Origin: Antedon mediterranea
Lineage: Eukaryota; Animalia; Echinodermata
DNA: 64,000 bases
Direction: 5' to 3'
Assembly: GCF_964355755.1 (NCBI RefSeq)
Contig: NC_092675.1
Coordinates: 21,672,912-21,736,911 of the forward strand
The notes beneath the pieces are model-generated. The model worked only from the letters and a program-made list of their open reading frames with translations, ran no database searches and was not told the origin of the DNA. Within the stretch, counting starts at the first letter, position 1. Every line of letters begins with the position of its first letter. Positions 1-13,100 of the stretch are shown here, piece after piece. Made by a program: the position numbers and the translations under genes.

Positions 1-1133
1 ACGACATTTCGCGTAGTGATTAGGATGGTGTCCTAGTACACAAGTTCATGGTCTTGGTTTATTGGTCATGAAAATAAATAATATATATAATTACATATTA
101 CAATTAACAACACAGCAAAGGAAAGTAGTAATATTTAATAATTTAATTGTTTTAATCTTTCGAGGAAAAAATTCAGTGCACTCATAATTTTTCTCGCGTG
201 TAGGCCTACCACGTAAAGTCACGTTGTCTCTCTCAGGACGACTAATTAATAGAGTATTAACATTCTTCGAATGAGGTTAAATAAATATTATTTTTTATTT
301 ACTAATCTTTTAATATAATATTTTATTGAATTTTACATTGTTAATACACAAAATATTTTACTAAAAAACGTGATTTTATGTAATTATTTTACCGAAAAAT
401 GGAGTAGGCCTAGTTCATACAACTGCCGACTGAGGGGCAACATGTTTACGTCATTTTTGGCTAAAAACGATCACTTTCGGTGATTTTTTATATTTTGGAA
501 TCTACAAGCCAGATTTTCATAATTATTTAATTATAATATTTAACAATATATATATACTAAAAACCATGATATATAAACTTTTGAATGTACATCGTTATCC
601 CTAATATAAATAGAACGAGCACCGGCGAAAGTTAGCATTTGGCGTTCCATAGAAAATAACGTTTTTCTGGCGGCGGCTCAACTTGGCCTAATCCGTAGTA
701 TTTACTTAGTTAGTAGTAGGCCCCTATCATTCTTCCTATGATTAGAAGAAGTTCTTTTTAAAATCTTAAATCAACTGTTTGTCTCTCAAAACATTTATTG
801 TCGTTGCTTGGTTGCATCTGTCTAATGCTTACATTATAATTTTAAAAGCCTAGACCTACCTAGTGGGCTAGGCCTAAAGAGTGAGCTACAGTCCTACTAG
901 TCAGTCAGCCCTCTCTACTACTACAATTCGATTCGTCGAAAGACACGATGTATCATCAGCGAGGCCTAGCTTATTAATTAGGCTTGAATAGAAACAAATC
1001 TGTAGTTTAAACATTTATGGTAAATAAGTTATACTCTACAGATTATAATACTCCTATTTAGCTACAAAATAATAGTTCCAATATTATATTTCTTATATAA
1101 ACAGTACAACAATAATAATATTATTTTTCATAC

Positions 1134-1151
1134 CTCAAAATCAGACGCCAT
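1134..1151 (-). CDS. Putative first coding exon (MASDFE) of an unidentified gene divergent from the + strand transcript
   Basis: Minus strand reads aaaATG GCG TCT GAT TTT GAG|GTATGA: strong start context, phase-0 donor, next to a motif-dense promoter. No second exon recognised in 1-1133. Confidence 0.55.
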
Positions 1152-1270
1152 TTTAAATTAAAAGGCGCCCTCTTGAATTATGATGACGTCATTATACATT
1201 GCGCATGCGTGTAGACTTAAGTTCCGTCGTCAAAAAAAAGAGTAAACATTCAAATACAGATCCCCGCGAA
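1146..1270. promoter_or_regulatory. Putative bidirectional promoter
   Basis: CpG-containing patch with YY1-like CGCCATTTT (1146), GGCGCCCTCT (1164), CRE palindrome ATGACGTCAT (1183-1192), NRF1-like TGCGCATGCG (1200-1209), Forkhead GTAAACA (1242), TTCAAA = CHR on minus (1249) and E2F-like TCCCCGCGAA (1261). Splice donors point outward on both sides. Confidence 0.6.
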
Positions 1271-1343
1271 CTGGAATCACAGAATTACTCTGTCTTGTGT
1301 TCAACTTGATATTAATCGTTCAAAAGAAGTTGTTTCGTTCAAA
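1215..1343 (+). other. Putative non-coding first (5'UTR) exon, probably of MELK; start coordinate approximate
   Basis: ATG-free segment just downstream of the promoter motifs, ending in AAA|GTAAGT at 1344. The next recognisable + strand coding exon is MELK at 55564. Confidence 0.5.
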
Positions 1344-1540
1344 GTAAGTCTATAAAATAAATGTTAAACTGTTTTTAAATTGTTGTTTTATATTCTTGTT
1401 TTCATCTTGTATTATCGTAATCAGACTCATCCCCAGGTATTTCGTTCGTATACAGGAGACAGACACCACACCTCAGTCATACCTACTACTAGCTAGTCTA
1501 CCAGTCAGGTATACCGTGCAATACAGGAACAGTAGGCCTA

Positions 1541-2395
1541 CCGTATATTTCGGTGTATAAGTCGCACTTTTGACACGCAAATTTGACCTCTAAATTAAGG
1601 GTGCGTCTTATACACCGAACATAAATGCCTCACCACACAGATTTTACATAGGCCTAGGCTATCGTCACCTCGTTTTCTAGGCCTGAGTAGGCTAGGCCTA
1701 GCTACAGTAACTAACTAACGTAACGGCAACTTGCTTCTGCCTAGGCCTAGTTTTCAAGTCATTTTAGCATGATGTTATACTAAATATGATGAAAAGATTT
1801 GTTCATTATGGCGCTCCGATAAAATATCATTTGTAAACGTTTACGTCGTACGATTGGAATAGTATTTATTTATACAGTAGTTATACGCACGATCGCCGTA
1901 CCCCAAGCGCAAGCCCTTCTTTTGGTGGCCACATGGTGTACGGTATTCGACTAGGCCTAGTATATTCTCCATGTGATTATAGCATGGACCTAGCGTACAC
2001 ACTTCTCGGATACATAGATACTAATCGAATACGATTGTCCGTGAAAACGTGCGCCCTCTCGAAATGATCGAGCGAGGCTAGCCCACACACGTGCGTGTTA
2101 CACACAAGGTCATGCACTCGATGTTGCGGCGAAACTCATGAATAACAAGTTAGAAAGAACTTGTTGAGGCTGGGCGCGGCCGAGCCTAGGTAAGAAAAAA
2201 CCTAAATAAAGGACGCCGTTGTAGATATAACAAAATATATTATTACAATAATATTGATTACAATTTAAAAAAACATTGTTTTGATGAAATATAAGGTGCG
2301 TCTTATACATCGACGATATAAAAAATACCGATATTTTACTCTCAGTTGGGGGTGCGTCTTATACACAGGTGCGACTTATACACCGAAATATACGG
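1541..2395. mobile_element. Non-autonomous Tc1/mariner (Tc2/pogo-like) MITE, 855 bp
   Basis: Perfect 27-bp TIRs CCGTATATTTCGGTGTATAAGTCGCAC (1541-1567 / 2369-2395), TA duplication (1539-40, 2396-97), repeated subterminal GGTGCGTCTTATACA motifs. Confidence 0.9.
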
Positions 2396-3474
2396 TACTC
2401 ACTATAATCACCATAGATGCCGGTGATGAAGGGCTAACCATAAGGAGCCAGAAAAACTGTGCTGTCAATGATTGACAGATAGGCCTAGTTGAAACAAACT
2501 ATAGTGTAGCGATGCACTTGTGCATTGACGATATAGTTTAATTAACAAATTAATTTGGAGTCTAAAAATGGGGTCATCAAATACAAGACAAACAGGTGGT
2601 AAACTACAGTGTAAGGTAGGCCACACCTAGAGGCGTACCACAGGACCATGCACTGCCTTAGACCAATAATAATAAAAACATCTCGCTATGAATATGATCT
2701 GATCAGAAACCACATTCTTCATGTTTAAAGCTTTTAAGCGGATTATATTTAGAGTGGCTCAGTTTATATTATAACAAATATCCCTATCACTCACAATGTC
2801 AAAATAAATAAATAATCCACTATCAAAGTGCTCAAAGCAGTTTGATTATTTAAAGTACAAAATATTTTAACATAATTTTTTCATAGTTCATTTTCAAATT
2901 TTGTTACAAACAATAGTAGGAGGTTGCTATTATATTGATATTTTAATACTAGTTATTAAATAAAATACGGTATAGTTTAAACACATTTTGTTTCCACAAT
3001 GCGGCTACGTGCATATCGAGTGAAAAGATGGTCACCTGGCTGCATGGAACGTTGTAAAAACGAAACACTAAGATGCAATTTTATTTGCCGGAGCCAGATC
3101 AGGTGTTAAAAAAGCTTTAATGTCTTAAATTTAACATATATTTTATAACCTGTTTTAAACAACTTGTAACAACTTTTGCTTAATGTGAAGACAATTTTTT
3201 TGAAAATCTCCTAAGATTTCACCAAAAAACACACACCAACGAGAGGCAAGTTTTTTGGTTCTGAAATGTCCAGAGTTGTTACTGCGCGTGTATGCGCTCC
3301 TTGGTGTCAAATAGTGCACAACTACAGTATGTTTCTCAGGGTTCGCGTATGCATGTATGAAAACGTGTAAATAAACCATGTTTAGCACTATGCACAGAGC
3401 AGGGATGTTGGGACATGTTTTCTCGCTCTCTACCTCAACATAGTTTTCAAATTATGGGTTTTTTTCAGTTTAAC

Positions 3475-4810
3475 CAGGGCATCACGTATGCAAAACCCAG
3501 GAGAGCAACAAATCGCTCTCCTCAAATCACCGAGGAGAGCAATTCGCTCTCCTTGCAAAAATTTTAAATCGCTCTCCTCAAATATTTATGTTGAAGTTGA
3601 AGGATGGTCGCCCTTATTAAAAATGGCTGGCCCTTATTAATTTTTTGTACACATTTTTTTGCCCGACAGGGGATAACCCCCCCCCCCCCCCCCCCCCCCG
3701 GGCACAACAAATGTATACTGTACCTCTCCCCTAAAATCCACCACACCCACCTTTACACACAATATTTTCCGTGGGGATCGTATTATTCTACAGTACAAAA
3801 AACTCAAGCCAATTTTTTTTTTTATGGCCTGCCTGGGTAGATTGGGTTTCAGGAGCCTGGAGAATCCTGTCCTGGCCAACTATATGCCTTTAGCCTAGCT
3901 TTTCTAGCCTAGCTTGTTGGCCTAGAAATCAGACAGAAAACCTGAAAAGTATTTACCTGCAATTCATAAATTATACAATTCTAACATGCAACAGCCATTA
4001 AAATATTGATAATAAGTTACAAAGTGTCATTTTAAAATAATTAAGAAAGATATTTGATCGTGTTTACATGTGTCACACATGGGCGCACGCACAATAGGGG
4101 GGGGGGGGGAGGGCTGAGAGAGCTTCTAGAAGATGCTGACGTCACACATCAGCACGTGTTTTGAGGAGGATTTGAGTGACCAAAATTGGTTAGAACTTTC
4201 GAAGAAATAATCCATCTTCAAAATGACATAATTAAAGCAACCAGCAGCTAAGCTTTTTTAAATAATAAACATTATATTTAGGCCTCCTATATTAATGTTT
4301 CCTTTTAAAATTAAATATATTTTATTAACTCGTTCCATAAAAACATAAAGGGAAAAATTATTGGTTGGGACATGATCTTCCTGTAAAGGAGGTGTTTCTA
4401 TGACACCGTACTGGTTGCACTATGAGGCGATGAAGTAAACTCGCCCTTGAATGCGCGCAGGCAGGGGAATCCCCTTTGTTGGTACCTCGCACTGTGAGAT
4501 GGAGCGCGATGAATTGCTCTCCTTTTCGAAGGTTGTTGATTGCGATCGCGCTCGCGATCCTTAAAAACGAGGGACTGCCATTAGGCTTGTAGCTTTATAA
4601 CTTAGCTTATATATTATTAGCCTAGGCCTAGATTGGTTTTAACTTTTAAAAATCCACGTGTTTTTAGGCCTCTTGACAGAAAAATCAACACTGTCAAAAG
4701 CTAGGCTCTATTTTGAAAATTAAGGAGCGCGATAAATTGCTCTCCTCGAAGCCTGTTGAGGAGCGCGGAGGAGCGCGGTCGCGCAGGCGCTCCTTATAAA
4801 TGATGCCCTG
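3475..4810. mobile_element. Non-autonomous DNA transposon (hAT- or P-like)
   Basis: TIRs CAGGGCATCA / TGATGCCCTG; GTTTAAC repeated on both flanks (3468-3474, 4811-4817); repeated subterminal GGAGAGC/GCTCTCC and GGAGCGCG motifs; internal poly-C and poly-G tracts. Confidence 0.75.
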
Positions 4811-5929
4811 GTTTAACAATATTTTTTTAAAATATAGAATCTAAATTGTTTTAATTAATTGTTTTTTGTTAATAACACTATAAAATGTTGGGTATAAGTT
4901 TAAGAGTTTACTAAACAGAAGGCAGAATTACTATAAAATAACTAAACAATCTCTAGATCGCTTGGAGAATATCGTTTTTTATTCAGTTCAGATATGTAAA
5001 AGTTTTTCAATATACAGTAGTAATCGATCAATCAGTCGGCAAGTTGCACATGTAGTAAAGTGATACAATTAGCAGCTTTGATGAGCCGCAAGTTCTCTGA
5101 GCATTACTTGCTGTTTGCGTACGTAGGTCATTAATCTTAAAGAATCTTGACTATAAACACATTTACAGCCATCATGTTCACTTTAGATCAGTAAATTTAT
5201 TCTTATTCTTAAATTTGGCACATTTAAGAGATCTGTATTGGACTCTAGTAATAACAAGTTGTGTTGCTAACTGTGTGAGATTGTAATCATAAACTTGACA
5301 TGTTTTTCAGTGAATAATTAGCTAATATTCATGCTGAACCAAGTCGATGCAATTTACGCAGAATTTATTGTTAATAGTACTGTACAAGACTAAGCCTTGG
5401 TTGACACTTGCACAAATTTTGTTCCAGCACGGCCTCACCAGTCAATGGGTTTTGAAAAACACACTTTTTGTTAAATTACTTCCCATCCAGTAGTGTCTAG
5501 ATATAAAATCGATCAAAGTGCTGCAGAGTATATTAATCTGATTGATTTTTCAATAGACTATTGATATAATATACATGTAGTTTTAAGTACTGTAACATTT
5601 GAATTGAATACAACTCTAAACTACCCTGTAATGTTTAAAAATAAAACCAGGTGATTCACACTTAACAGCATAAAATTATATATGAAGACATACTTTAATT
5701 TGTCATGGAATTACAGTACCCTATAATTGCACTGACGAGTAAATATATTTTTGGCCAAAATATTAAGATATTTTAAACATTCTTTTCAATCAGCTAACCA
5801 GAGCCACTGTATCTTTTAAAACTTATTTTTATATTAGATCTTGACAAACTTATCATTATATTATTACTTAAAGAATCGATATTCAATAGAGCTTATAAAA
5901 ACAGTTACTTATATTACAGATATAACATA

Positions 5930-6726
5930 GGCCCTGTTTCTGCTGCCAACTAAATACCGTATATTATACGGTATTTTTTGAATACCGTATATATACGGTA
6001 TATTTTTGGCAGCAGAAACTGCGCTCATAAAAAATATACCGTATTTTGTATACGGTATTTTCCCCACAAAATTTGTGGATAAAATACGGTATTTACAAAT
6101 TTATACCGTATTTTTTGTACCCGTTTCTGCTGCCAATAAAAAATACCGTATTTTTTTTTTACATGACAAAAGGTCAACATTCGTGTTTTTATTTTCTGTC
6201 GCTGTCAGCTGTTTTACACACGTGTATATATATATTCGGCGAAAATGTGGAGCGAAGACGTCACAGTTTTACTAAATAAATTTGTGTGGGGAAGCTAAAA
6301 TGTCTGGCCAACTAAAAGGTAATAAAAGGGACCACCACATTTATAAAGACATTTCTAAAATAAAAAAGCAGGAGTATGGAATAGACTTGTCTCCAAAGCA
6401 AGTAAACTCAAAGCTGAAGAGCCTGCGAAAGCAGTACAACATTGCAAAATACAATAACTCGGGGAGGGAACGAATTAATTGTCCCCATTACGATGTTTCT
6501 GTGCTCTCACAACATCTCTATCACTAGGGCTAGGCTGTTGAAAGTGAGACGTAAAACTTCCTTTATTGCGACTTTTAATTATCGATCAAATAAATGAATG
6601 GCAATTTGGGTAAAAAAGATGAAATTTAACACGACCACCCAAGAAGTATTGTTAGCAGAAACGGGGTACTAAAAAATACGGTATAAAAAATACCGTATTT
6701 TATACCGTATTTTTATACCGTATTTT
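5930..6726 (+). mobile_element. PIF/Harbinger non-autonomous element, copy 1 (right TIR lost), with Myb/SANT-like ORF1 remnant
   Basis: Near-identical to 47927-48765; left TIR GGCCCTGTTTCTGCTGCCAACT; many ATACCGTAT/ATACGGTAT subterminal repeats; remnant ...IYKDISKIKKQEYGIDLSPKQVNSKLKSLRKQY...CPHYD. Confidence 0.85.
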
Positions 6727-7796
6727 TTCAGTACAGGGTTTTAGTAGTGTATTGTTCTAGACTTGTAAAGATTATTGTAAGTTCAAGTCTTACTCAAGAA
6801 TAATTTTAGTTTCTTAATGTATTTTTCATATCTGATCTAAGTTTACTCCATGTTTGTATTTGGTTTGAGGCTAAATAACATAATCATTTATATTGATATA
6901 CTGTTTTATTTCAACCATAAATATTACTGTATATAACTAGTACCTTTTAGTTTAATAGCAATATTAATTATTAATTAAACTTTAAATCAATATAATTAAA
7001 TCATGTTTTGATATTGATTAATATTTTTCATTTTGTATGATTTATCTTTAATATTAACTGTACTACTGTGTAATAAGATATCTTTAAATAAGGGGAAAAA
7101 ATCAAGCATTTATGTTGGAATGATACAGTTAATTCTGAATAAAATAAAATGTGACTACAATTTAGCAAAAGAAACAAGGCAAAAAATTTTCACCATTGAT
7201 TTGAGATTTGTACTAACTGGTGAAGGAAAAATAATAAAATTAATACAGTAGTAGATTCAATTTTAGCAGGATTTTGGGACTGGACTGTATCAGTGTTTTG
7301 TTCATGCCTTGTACTTTATAGAGTATTACTGTATCTATGCTTCAGTAATCCCACCCCCTAATTTTGTTTAAATTCAGACAATAATCTACAGTATTCATAA
7401 TGCAAATCAAGTATAAATCACACCCACTCATTTTGAAAATTTTTTTATCCAGGCCTCATGTCAGTCTCGCACAATAGGATTGTACACAACAATGATGACC
7501 AGCCCATCTATACACTATAGTATATTAATTTACATTTTTTACAAAATAGTGGTTTATGTATTCAAGATATATGGTCTACAATATTTGTAAATGGTAATTA
7601 TTTAGCTACATATTTGATATTTTAAACATTTAGCATATTACGCCTTTATCTTCTTTTTACTGTGCTTTGGGAATTATACATTACATGATATATTATGTAC
7701 AATAGCAACCTTTACCTTTTTAATCAACAAACAACTTCAAGCTATGTAATCAGTGAACAGCATAAATTATTCAACAAAATATTAATAATCATTGGT

Positions 7797-7813
7797 ATGC
7801 TGGAGGCATACCT
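7797..7813 (+). CDS. Weak candidate alternative first coding exon of MELK (MLEAY+L)
   Basis: ATG CTG GAG GCA TAC CT|GTAAGT, phase 2, compatible with acceptor 55564. Very short, so it could be chance. Confidence 0.2.
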
Positions 7814-8479
7814 GTAAGTAATTACAAATGTTTAAGGTTCTGTTCACACACGAAGATCAATTATTATAATTTTTTAGTGTATCTAAACTAAACACTACTG
7901 TATAATGTCAATAATATAGTTTTTTAACATATAAAGACATTGTGAAGAATTTGAATATGGGCAGAGAGTGAAAAAGTTGTTCGACAAAAGGAATCATTAA
8001 TGAAGATGTTAAAAAATGTAACAAAAAGCTAAACAGGGAAGGCCGTTCAATATTATCAATAAAGATATTCTGCACAAGATGCCATACAGTAACTATATAC
8101 CCAAAAAATAGGCCATAACATTTTGATGATTGAAGCATCAAAATGTTTTGGATTAAAAAATTGCAAAAAAAAGAAATTGTGTGATATTTTTTAATTGTAC
8201 TGTAGGGCGACTGAGACATTAAACCATTACATTGGAATAGGTTCACTTGGCTGATTTGATTCATTGTTTGTGTGGTAGCAACATCTTGCTGGGCCGGCCT
8301 ACTGTTGCCCTACATACCCCTCACTTCCAGCATCTTCAGTATAAAAAAGATAATTAAAAAGTATCAAAAATTTGAAATATAATTTACTTGGAAAAGACAA
8401 TGTTAAGCGTTCAATACACAATGGTTGACAAAAATATATAAATATTCAATAGATTAAACTTAAAAATTAAGTAGACATT

Positions 8480-9020
8480 TTGGTGGGAAACAATTTATCA
8501 TAATATGCACGTTGAGAGTGTTTGAATAAACTGCAGTATCAGATGCTTGTTTAGAGTGGGTGATCAATGCATGAATCGTTCATGTGTTAAGTATAAATAT
8601 GTATATCAATAAACATGATTTTTTAGAGGCATAAATACACATTGTTCATAGCTAGGTAAATTTTGGCCCCATTACATTGGAGGGTGCTTAATGTAATTTC
8701 CTTTCAGAATTGTATCCTCTCTTCGGAGAGAGAGAGTGTCTATAGTTGGTTAGATAAAGGAGGTAAATCTAGGCACAATAATGTTATTCTTGATAGAATT
8801 AAATTACCTTTTAGTTTCTCAAATTCTCACATTTCAAATACACATTTTTGCTGGCAGTGTAAAAACAAGTCAAGCTGATGGAATCTTATGTCAGATACTC
8901 TATGCATATCAGTACTTTGTGGTATTCTTGCAATGCTACATTTCTATCATACTCACTGAACATGATTAATGAATGAGTAAAATGACATTTTCTAAAAATA
9001 GCCTATGTTTTCAGGTTTCA
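8480..9020 (+). mobile_element. Possible highly decayed L1/Tx1-type LINE C-terminal (zf-RVT-like) fragment
   Basis: Peptide FSFSNSHISNTHFCWQCKNKSS*WN loosely resembles the CxFC...EHLFWxC...W motif; many disablements. Confidence 0.25.
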
Positions 9021-9340
9021 TCATTTTGCATTTACTGCTGGATTTGGGATTATCCTAATGTTTTCTTAAATCCGTAATGTATGAAATAATCTGTAGTCGT
9101 TTTAATGAAAAATCTATTATGAAATTTGTGTATTTGCGCCACTCCTGTAGGCAATTATATTCAAGAGAATGGAAGCATTAGGAATAAGTTACCATGCGGT
9201 AGATTATACAGTAGTTTACTACGGCCAAAAAATAGGTATTTGGAAACTCAAACTGGGCATGTGCACACCTAAAAGCACGTCTTGGAACAGTAGTTATTGT
9301 GAGATGAGCAGCGTTTTTTGTATTTGTATTTCTTGTTTAA

Positions 9341-9503
9341 CTTTCCTCTTCTCTTCTTAACGTTTTCCGTCTTGCGACATTACGCTTTCCATAATTTGTT
9401 TCCATTTTTGTCTGTTTATGGCAGGATGGTTTGTTATTGTGTTAGTGTCTACATGTCCTTGTAAGTCTTTTTTTATTTGGTTCATCCAGTTATTTCTTAG
9501 GTT
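9341..9503 (-). mobile_element. RTE-clade LINE 3' end fragment
   Basis: Minus frame RNNWMNQIKKDL...AINRQKWKQIMESVMSQDGKR* followed by a GAAGA-type tail matches the RTE ORF C-terminal pattern (W..Q.K.DL...A.DR..W). Confidence 0.6.
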
Positions 9504-11407
9504 CCTACAGATCGTTTTACTTTCCTGTAGTTAATTTAACTTTACCAAGCAAATATTAAGATTTACCAACTCCCATGGAAAACTAGCAGCGTGGTACAAT
9601 ACGTTAACTATTCCCACTTGCCAATTAAAAATTTACAGTTTAACATAACCAAAAATCCAGTGCAAACAATATCACTCTTAAAAAACCAGTAATTTGTTGC
9701 TTTTCACGGCTTAGACCTTACCGTCAAAAAATTCCATAAACTTTCCTTCCCTCGGATGATTTTACAAGCTTTTAAAGTCCATTTACATTGCAATTTTACA
9801 GTTTAACACACTACCATACGGTATTGTTAAAAATGATCATAAGATTGCCAGTAGTAGTAATAGAGTAACAAAATTTGAAAGAAGTAAATTGTATGCAAGA
9901 AAACATCATATTTAAATTACTAAATTGCATCGTCATGGTTATAAAACTGTAACTGTAAATTCAAAATCAATTTTAGTAGGTAGATAATTCAACGTCTTTA
10001 AGTTTCTTTGTTTTAAAGATGAAAATCAATAGATAAGTAGATATTGATGTTGCTGCATTTAAAAAATTGATTTTTAAAACTCAAGCTGAATCAGTATCTT
10101 AAATACAACTTTAAGGCTGTGTTTGAACTACATGTCCTGAAAGATACTGGCCCGGTTCTTTAATAAAATGCACACTTAAGCATTTTGTGTAAACTGGAGC
10201 TACGTTTACACAGTCTAATCCGAGAAGACTCGTTCTACCACCAGAACCATGGGGAGAGTGAACCCATTTTTTTTATCTTCTGAAACATAGTCCCATAAAA
10301 GCAGTTAGTAATCAGTAAAGTTTTGTTTTGACCTCAGATACCCATTAAAAAGTGCCAAGAAAAGTGTCTTGCCTAAAGGACACACATTCAAACTCACACC
10401 AGTCCAAAGACCAGCACACAGTGTTACATGGGGTATAGGACATATATATAATAATTCCGATTTCAGAGTGTAATTTTACATTAATTTAAGAGATATGAAA
10501 TATCAAATTACATTCATAACATTTTCATCTACTTTTTGCACACAAAAAACTCTGTAGCCAATCATAGCTCAGTATTGGCTAATTCAAATGAATAAATTTG
10601 CGTAATTTGATAAACCGCAATTGAACTCTGATAAGGAAGAGAGCGTGTAAACTGGTGATTGAATTCATGACATGGTTAGCATGATCGTACGGCCACTTCT
10701 GGATAATCCATGGTAATTGAATGAAAATTAATTTTATAGTCAATTATAATATATCCAGCTATTAAATGAAGCCGTGCCATGTAAAAGTACCTTGATTTGA
10801 ATAAATTAATTGATCGTATTTGAAAAAGGTACAGTTCGAAAAGAAAAGTATTTACCCTGAAATTTTGTTTGTTTGTTGAAGCCCGCCCCACTAAATCCAC
10901 ACAGACAGCCATTAAAAACTTGTTATGAAATGAGTCGAGCCAATAACATCCGTAGACCTTTACGTTTTTAAAACATACTCTACTATTTTTAATTAAATGT
11001 CTTGATTTTTAAATAAACCATTGAATACAGCAACACCATTGGATTGGATACAACATTACCATTTTGCATGGTGATGATGTGTGTCCATTTTATTAAATTT
11101 AGGGTATATTGATTTCTTATCCCAATAGTGTCATTAGCACAGGAAATTGTTAAAAACAATTTTCAGTAGGTTCGGTATTGAAAAAAATATAGATAGATAT
11201 AGAAATTACCATTGATCCTCATCTTTCATTATAAGAAAATGATCTAATAGCTTCAACAAATTCATGTTAATTATCGTAAGTAATTAAGTTATCTCTAAGG
11301 ACAAGAGATGGATTTTTGTTGACGCCACGTATAAACATTGATCTTACAAAAAGTTTCTCTTTCAACATATTGCATTTCATCATTAATTCCTAATATCAGT
11401 TTTTCCT

Positions 11408-11547
11408 AAGATCTGTCTACATTATCAAACTGTCATGTGACAAAAAAAAGTGATGTGCCCAATATATGGACATGATATGTTATGGCTACTATTTGGCCAC
11501 ATCACACTTTTTTTGTCAAACTAGTTTGATAGTGTAGATAGAGCTTT
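11408..11547. mobile_element. Short palindromic MITE (Harbinger-like)
   Basis: TCTGTCTACATTATCAAACT ... AGTTTGATAGTGTAGATAGA inverted ends plus internal GACAAAAAAAAGTGATGTG / CACATCACACTTTTTTTGTC arms. Confidence 0.65.
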
Positions 11548-12094
11548 AAAGAAATACAATTACCTCTCCAGGTCTTTTATATTAATATCAAGCAAACTAA
11601 TTGTTTCTTTATTAAGCTGTTTTATGTAATAAAAGCCTTCTTGACCTCCCCTTTGCTTTATTTTACTGGATTTATATATATAACATAGACAACCACAATA
11701 TCATTTGCTAAATCTAAATTTGTGTTCTTATAAATATGTTTTTGTAAAATATATACCTACAGTACATACTGCATTATTTTATTTATAATTGTCAATAGTA
11801 TGAAAGCCATAATAGTAAATACTGTATAATCAAAATAGTAGTTTGATTGAAATCAAATACGGTTCACACGCCCATGTAATATAATTATTAAATGCACTTT
11901 GGAATAGTGCATGGCTTTTGGAATTAAAAATCACTTTGTTGTAGGTGTGAACATTCTCATAGTAAATTAAATTTATATTGCAAATTGTATTTAATTAATG
12001 TTTGTCTTTGATTTGTTTGTTCTTTACAGTTCACCTACTGTACAGTACTTTCTCCTATTGACAAAATATTGATATATTCAATTTGTCTATTTTG

Positions 12095-12180
12095 TGCCTA
12101 GCTTACCTGGATAAACCGACAATAGCCTTTCTCCTCGAAGAGCGAGATATACCTCGAAAAGTAGAAAATTTATCTGATCC
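12095..12180 (+). repeat. Unclassified dispersed repeat; other copies ~20680-20700 (+) and ~35660-35730 (-)
   Basis: GTGCCTAGCTTACCT shared with 20681; 12107-12166 (CTGG...AAGTAGAA) aligns to the reverse complement of 35661-35727. Confidence 0.55.
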
Positions 12181-12919
12181 AATCACAACATACAGTTAAA
12201 GATATTAATAATAAAATGATCAATCAATACCTATAGTTAGAAACCCCACTTTCTTGTGTATCCAATGAGGGGGAAGATGCTATAATTGAACACTATGGCT
12301 AATAGTGTTTGGTCTCAAATGTGTCCCCTTAATCATTAGGGTTATACTGTATTCAACTTTTGTATTTAAATCTGTTGCAGAAAAGAATTGATATGTAGTT
12401 ATTAAAGATAGAAGAAGAAGAACATTCAATAATTATCATTTAACATAGACTATACATCTTAAATTATTATTTACTTTTTTGTGATATTGATGTCTGAATT
12501 TTTTACATTACGCTTTTTATAGACTAATATATCTTCACCTAGTGAATTTATGGTGCAAATAAAAGGGAAATGTAGCAAAACCAAGGTGGTGATTTGAGAG
12601 TAAATGTACGCAAAAGTAAACGATACAATTTTGCTGATATTAGCACTAAAGAGATAGGAAATGTAAAGCATCAATCTTCTCGGCATGGTGTTTCATAAAA
12701 AAAAAAAAGTGTTTTAAAAATGCAGTTTTGATTGAATGGTTGTCCAATACTTTGGCTATTAGTGTTGAAGATACATTGATTAATGGTTTGGAACAGCAAT
12801 AGAACATACTGTATGCTATATAATAATAATACAGTAGTTTCCGTCTCTTCTACGTATCGACAATTTAAATCTACCACAGTGTATGATTTTCAAATTATTT
12901 TTCTCATAACTTTAAAACA

Positions 12920-13100
12920 TAGGGAAACCCTTTGGGAAACCTCTTTTCAGGGGACACCTTAATGGGGATTATTGGGGACATTTTCCTGTGAAGCAAGCAA
13001 TGGCTGATATATATGGATTTTTACACTATGGTCACCCCTATTCAGAGGACATCCCTAGGAGACACTTTGTTGGGTCCCAAAGGAGTCCCCTTAAAGATGA
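12920..13100. mobile_element. Tigger/pogo-like MITE family member; decayed relatives at ~12240-12350, 21790-21920, 33730-33770, 34805-34845, 41347-41510, 49870-49950, 52490-52630, 59665-59795
   Basis: Recurring GGGACCCAACAAAGTGTCCCCTTAATAGGGGTGTC / AGAGGACACC motifs in both orientations. Confidence 0.6.

Noticed and set aside
1134-1151. Naming the MASDFE gene VTI1A (vertebrate start MSSDFE)
   Set aside because: Six residues are insufficient and no further exon is visible.
3564-3879. Poly-Gly/poly-Pro ORFs
   Set aside because: Produced by a C homopolymer inside a transposon.
9426-9460. Phase-2 ATG...TT|GTAAGT mini-exon (MVCYCVSVYMS)
   Set aside because: Lies antisense inside an RTE LINE remnant and has an out-of-frame ATG 8 nt upstream; it shows that such hits occur by chance.
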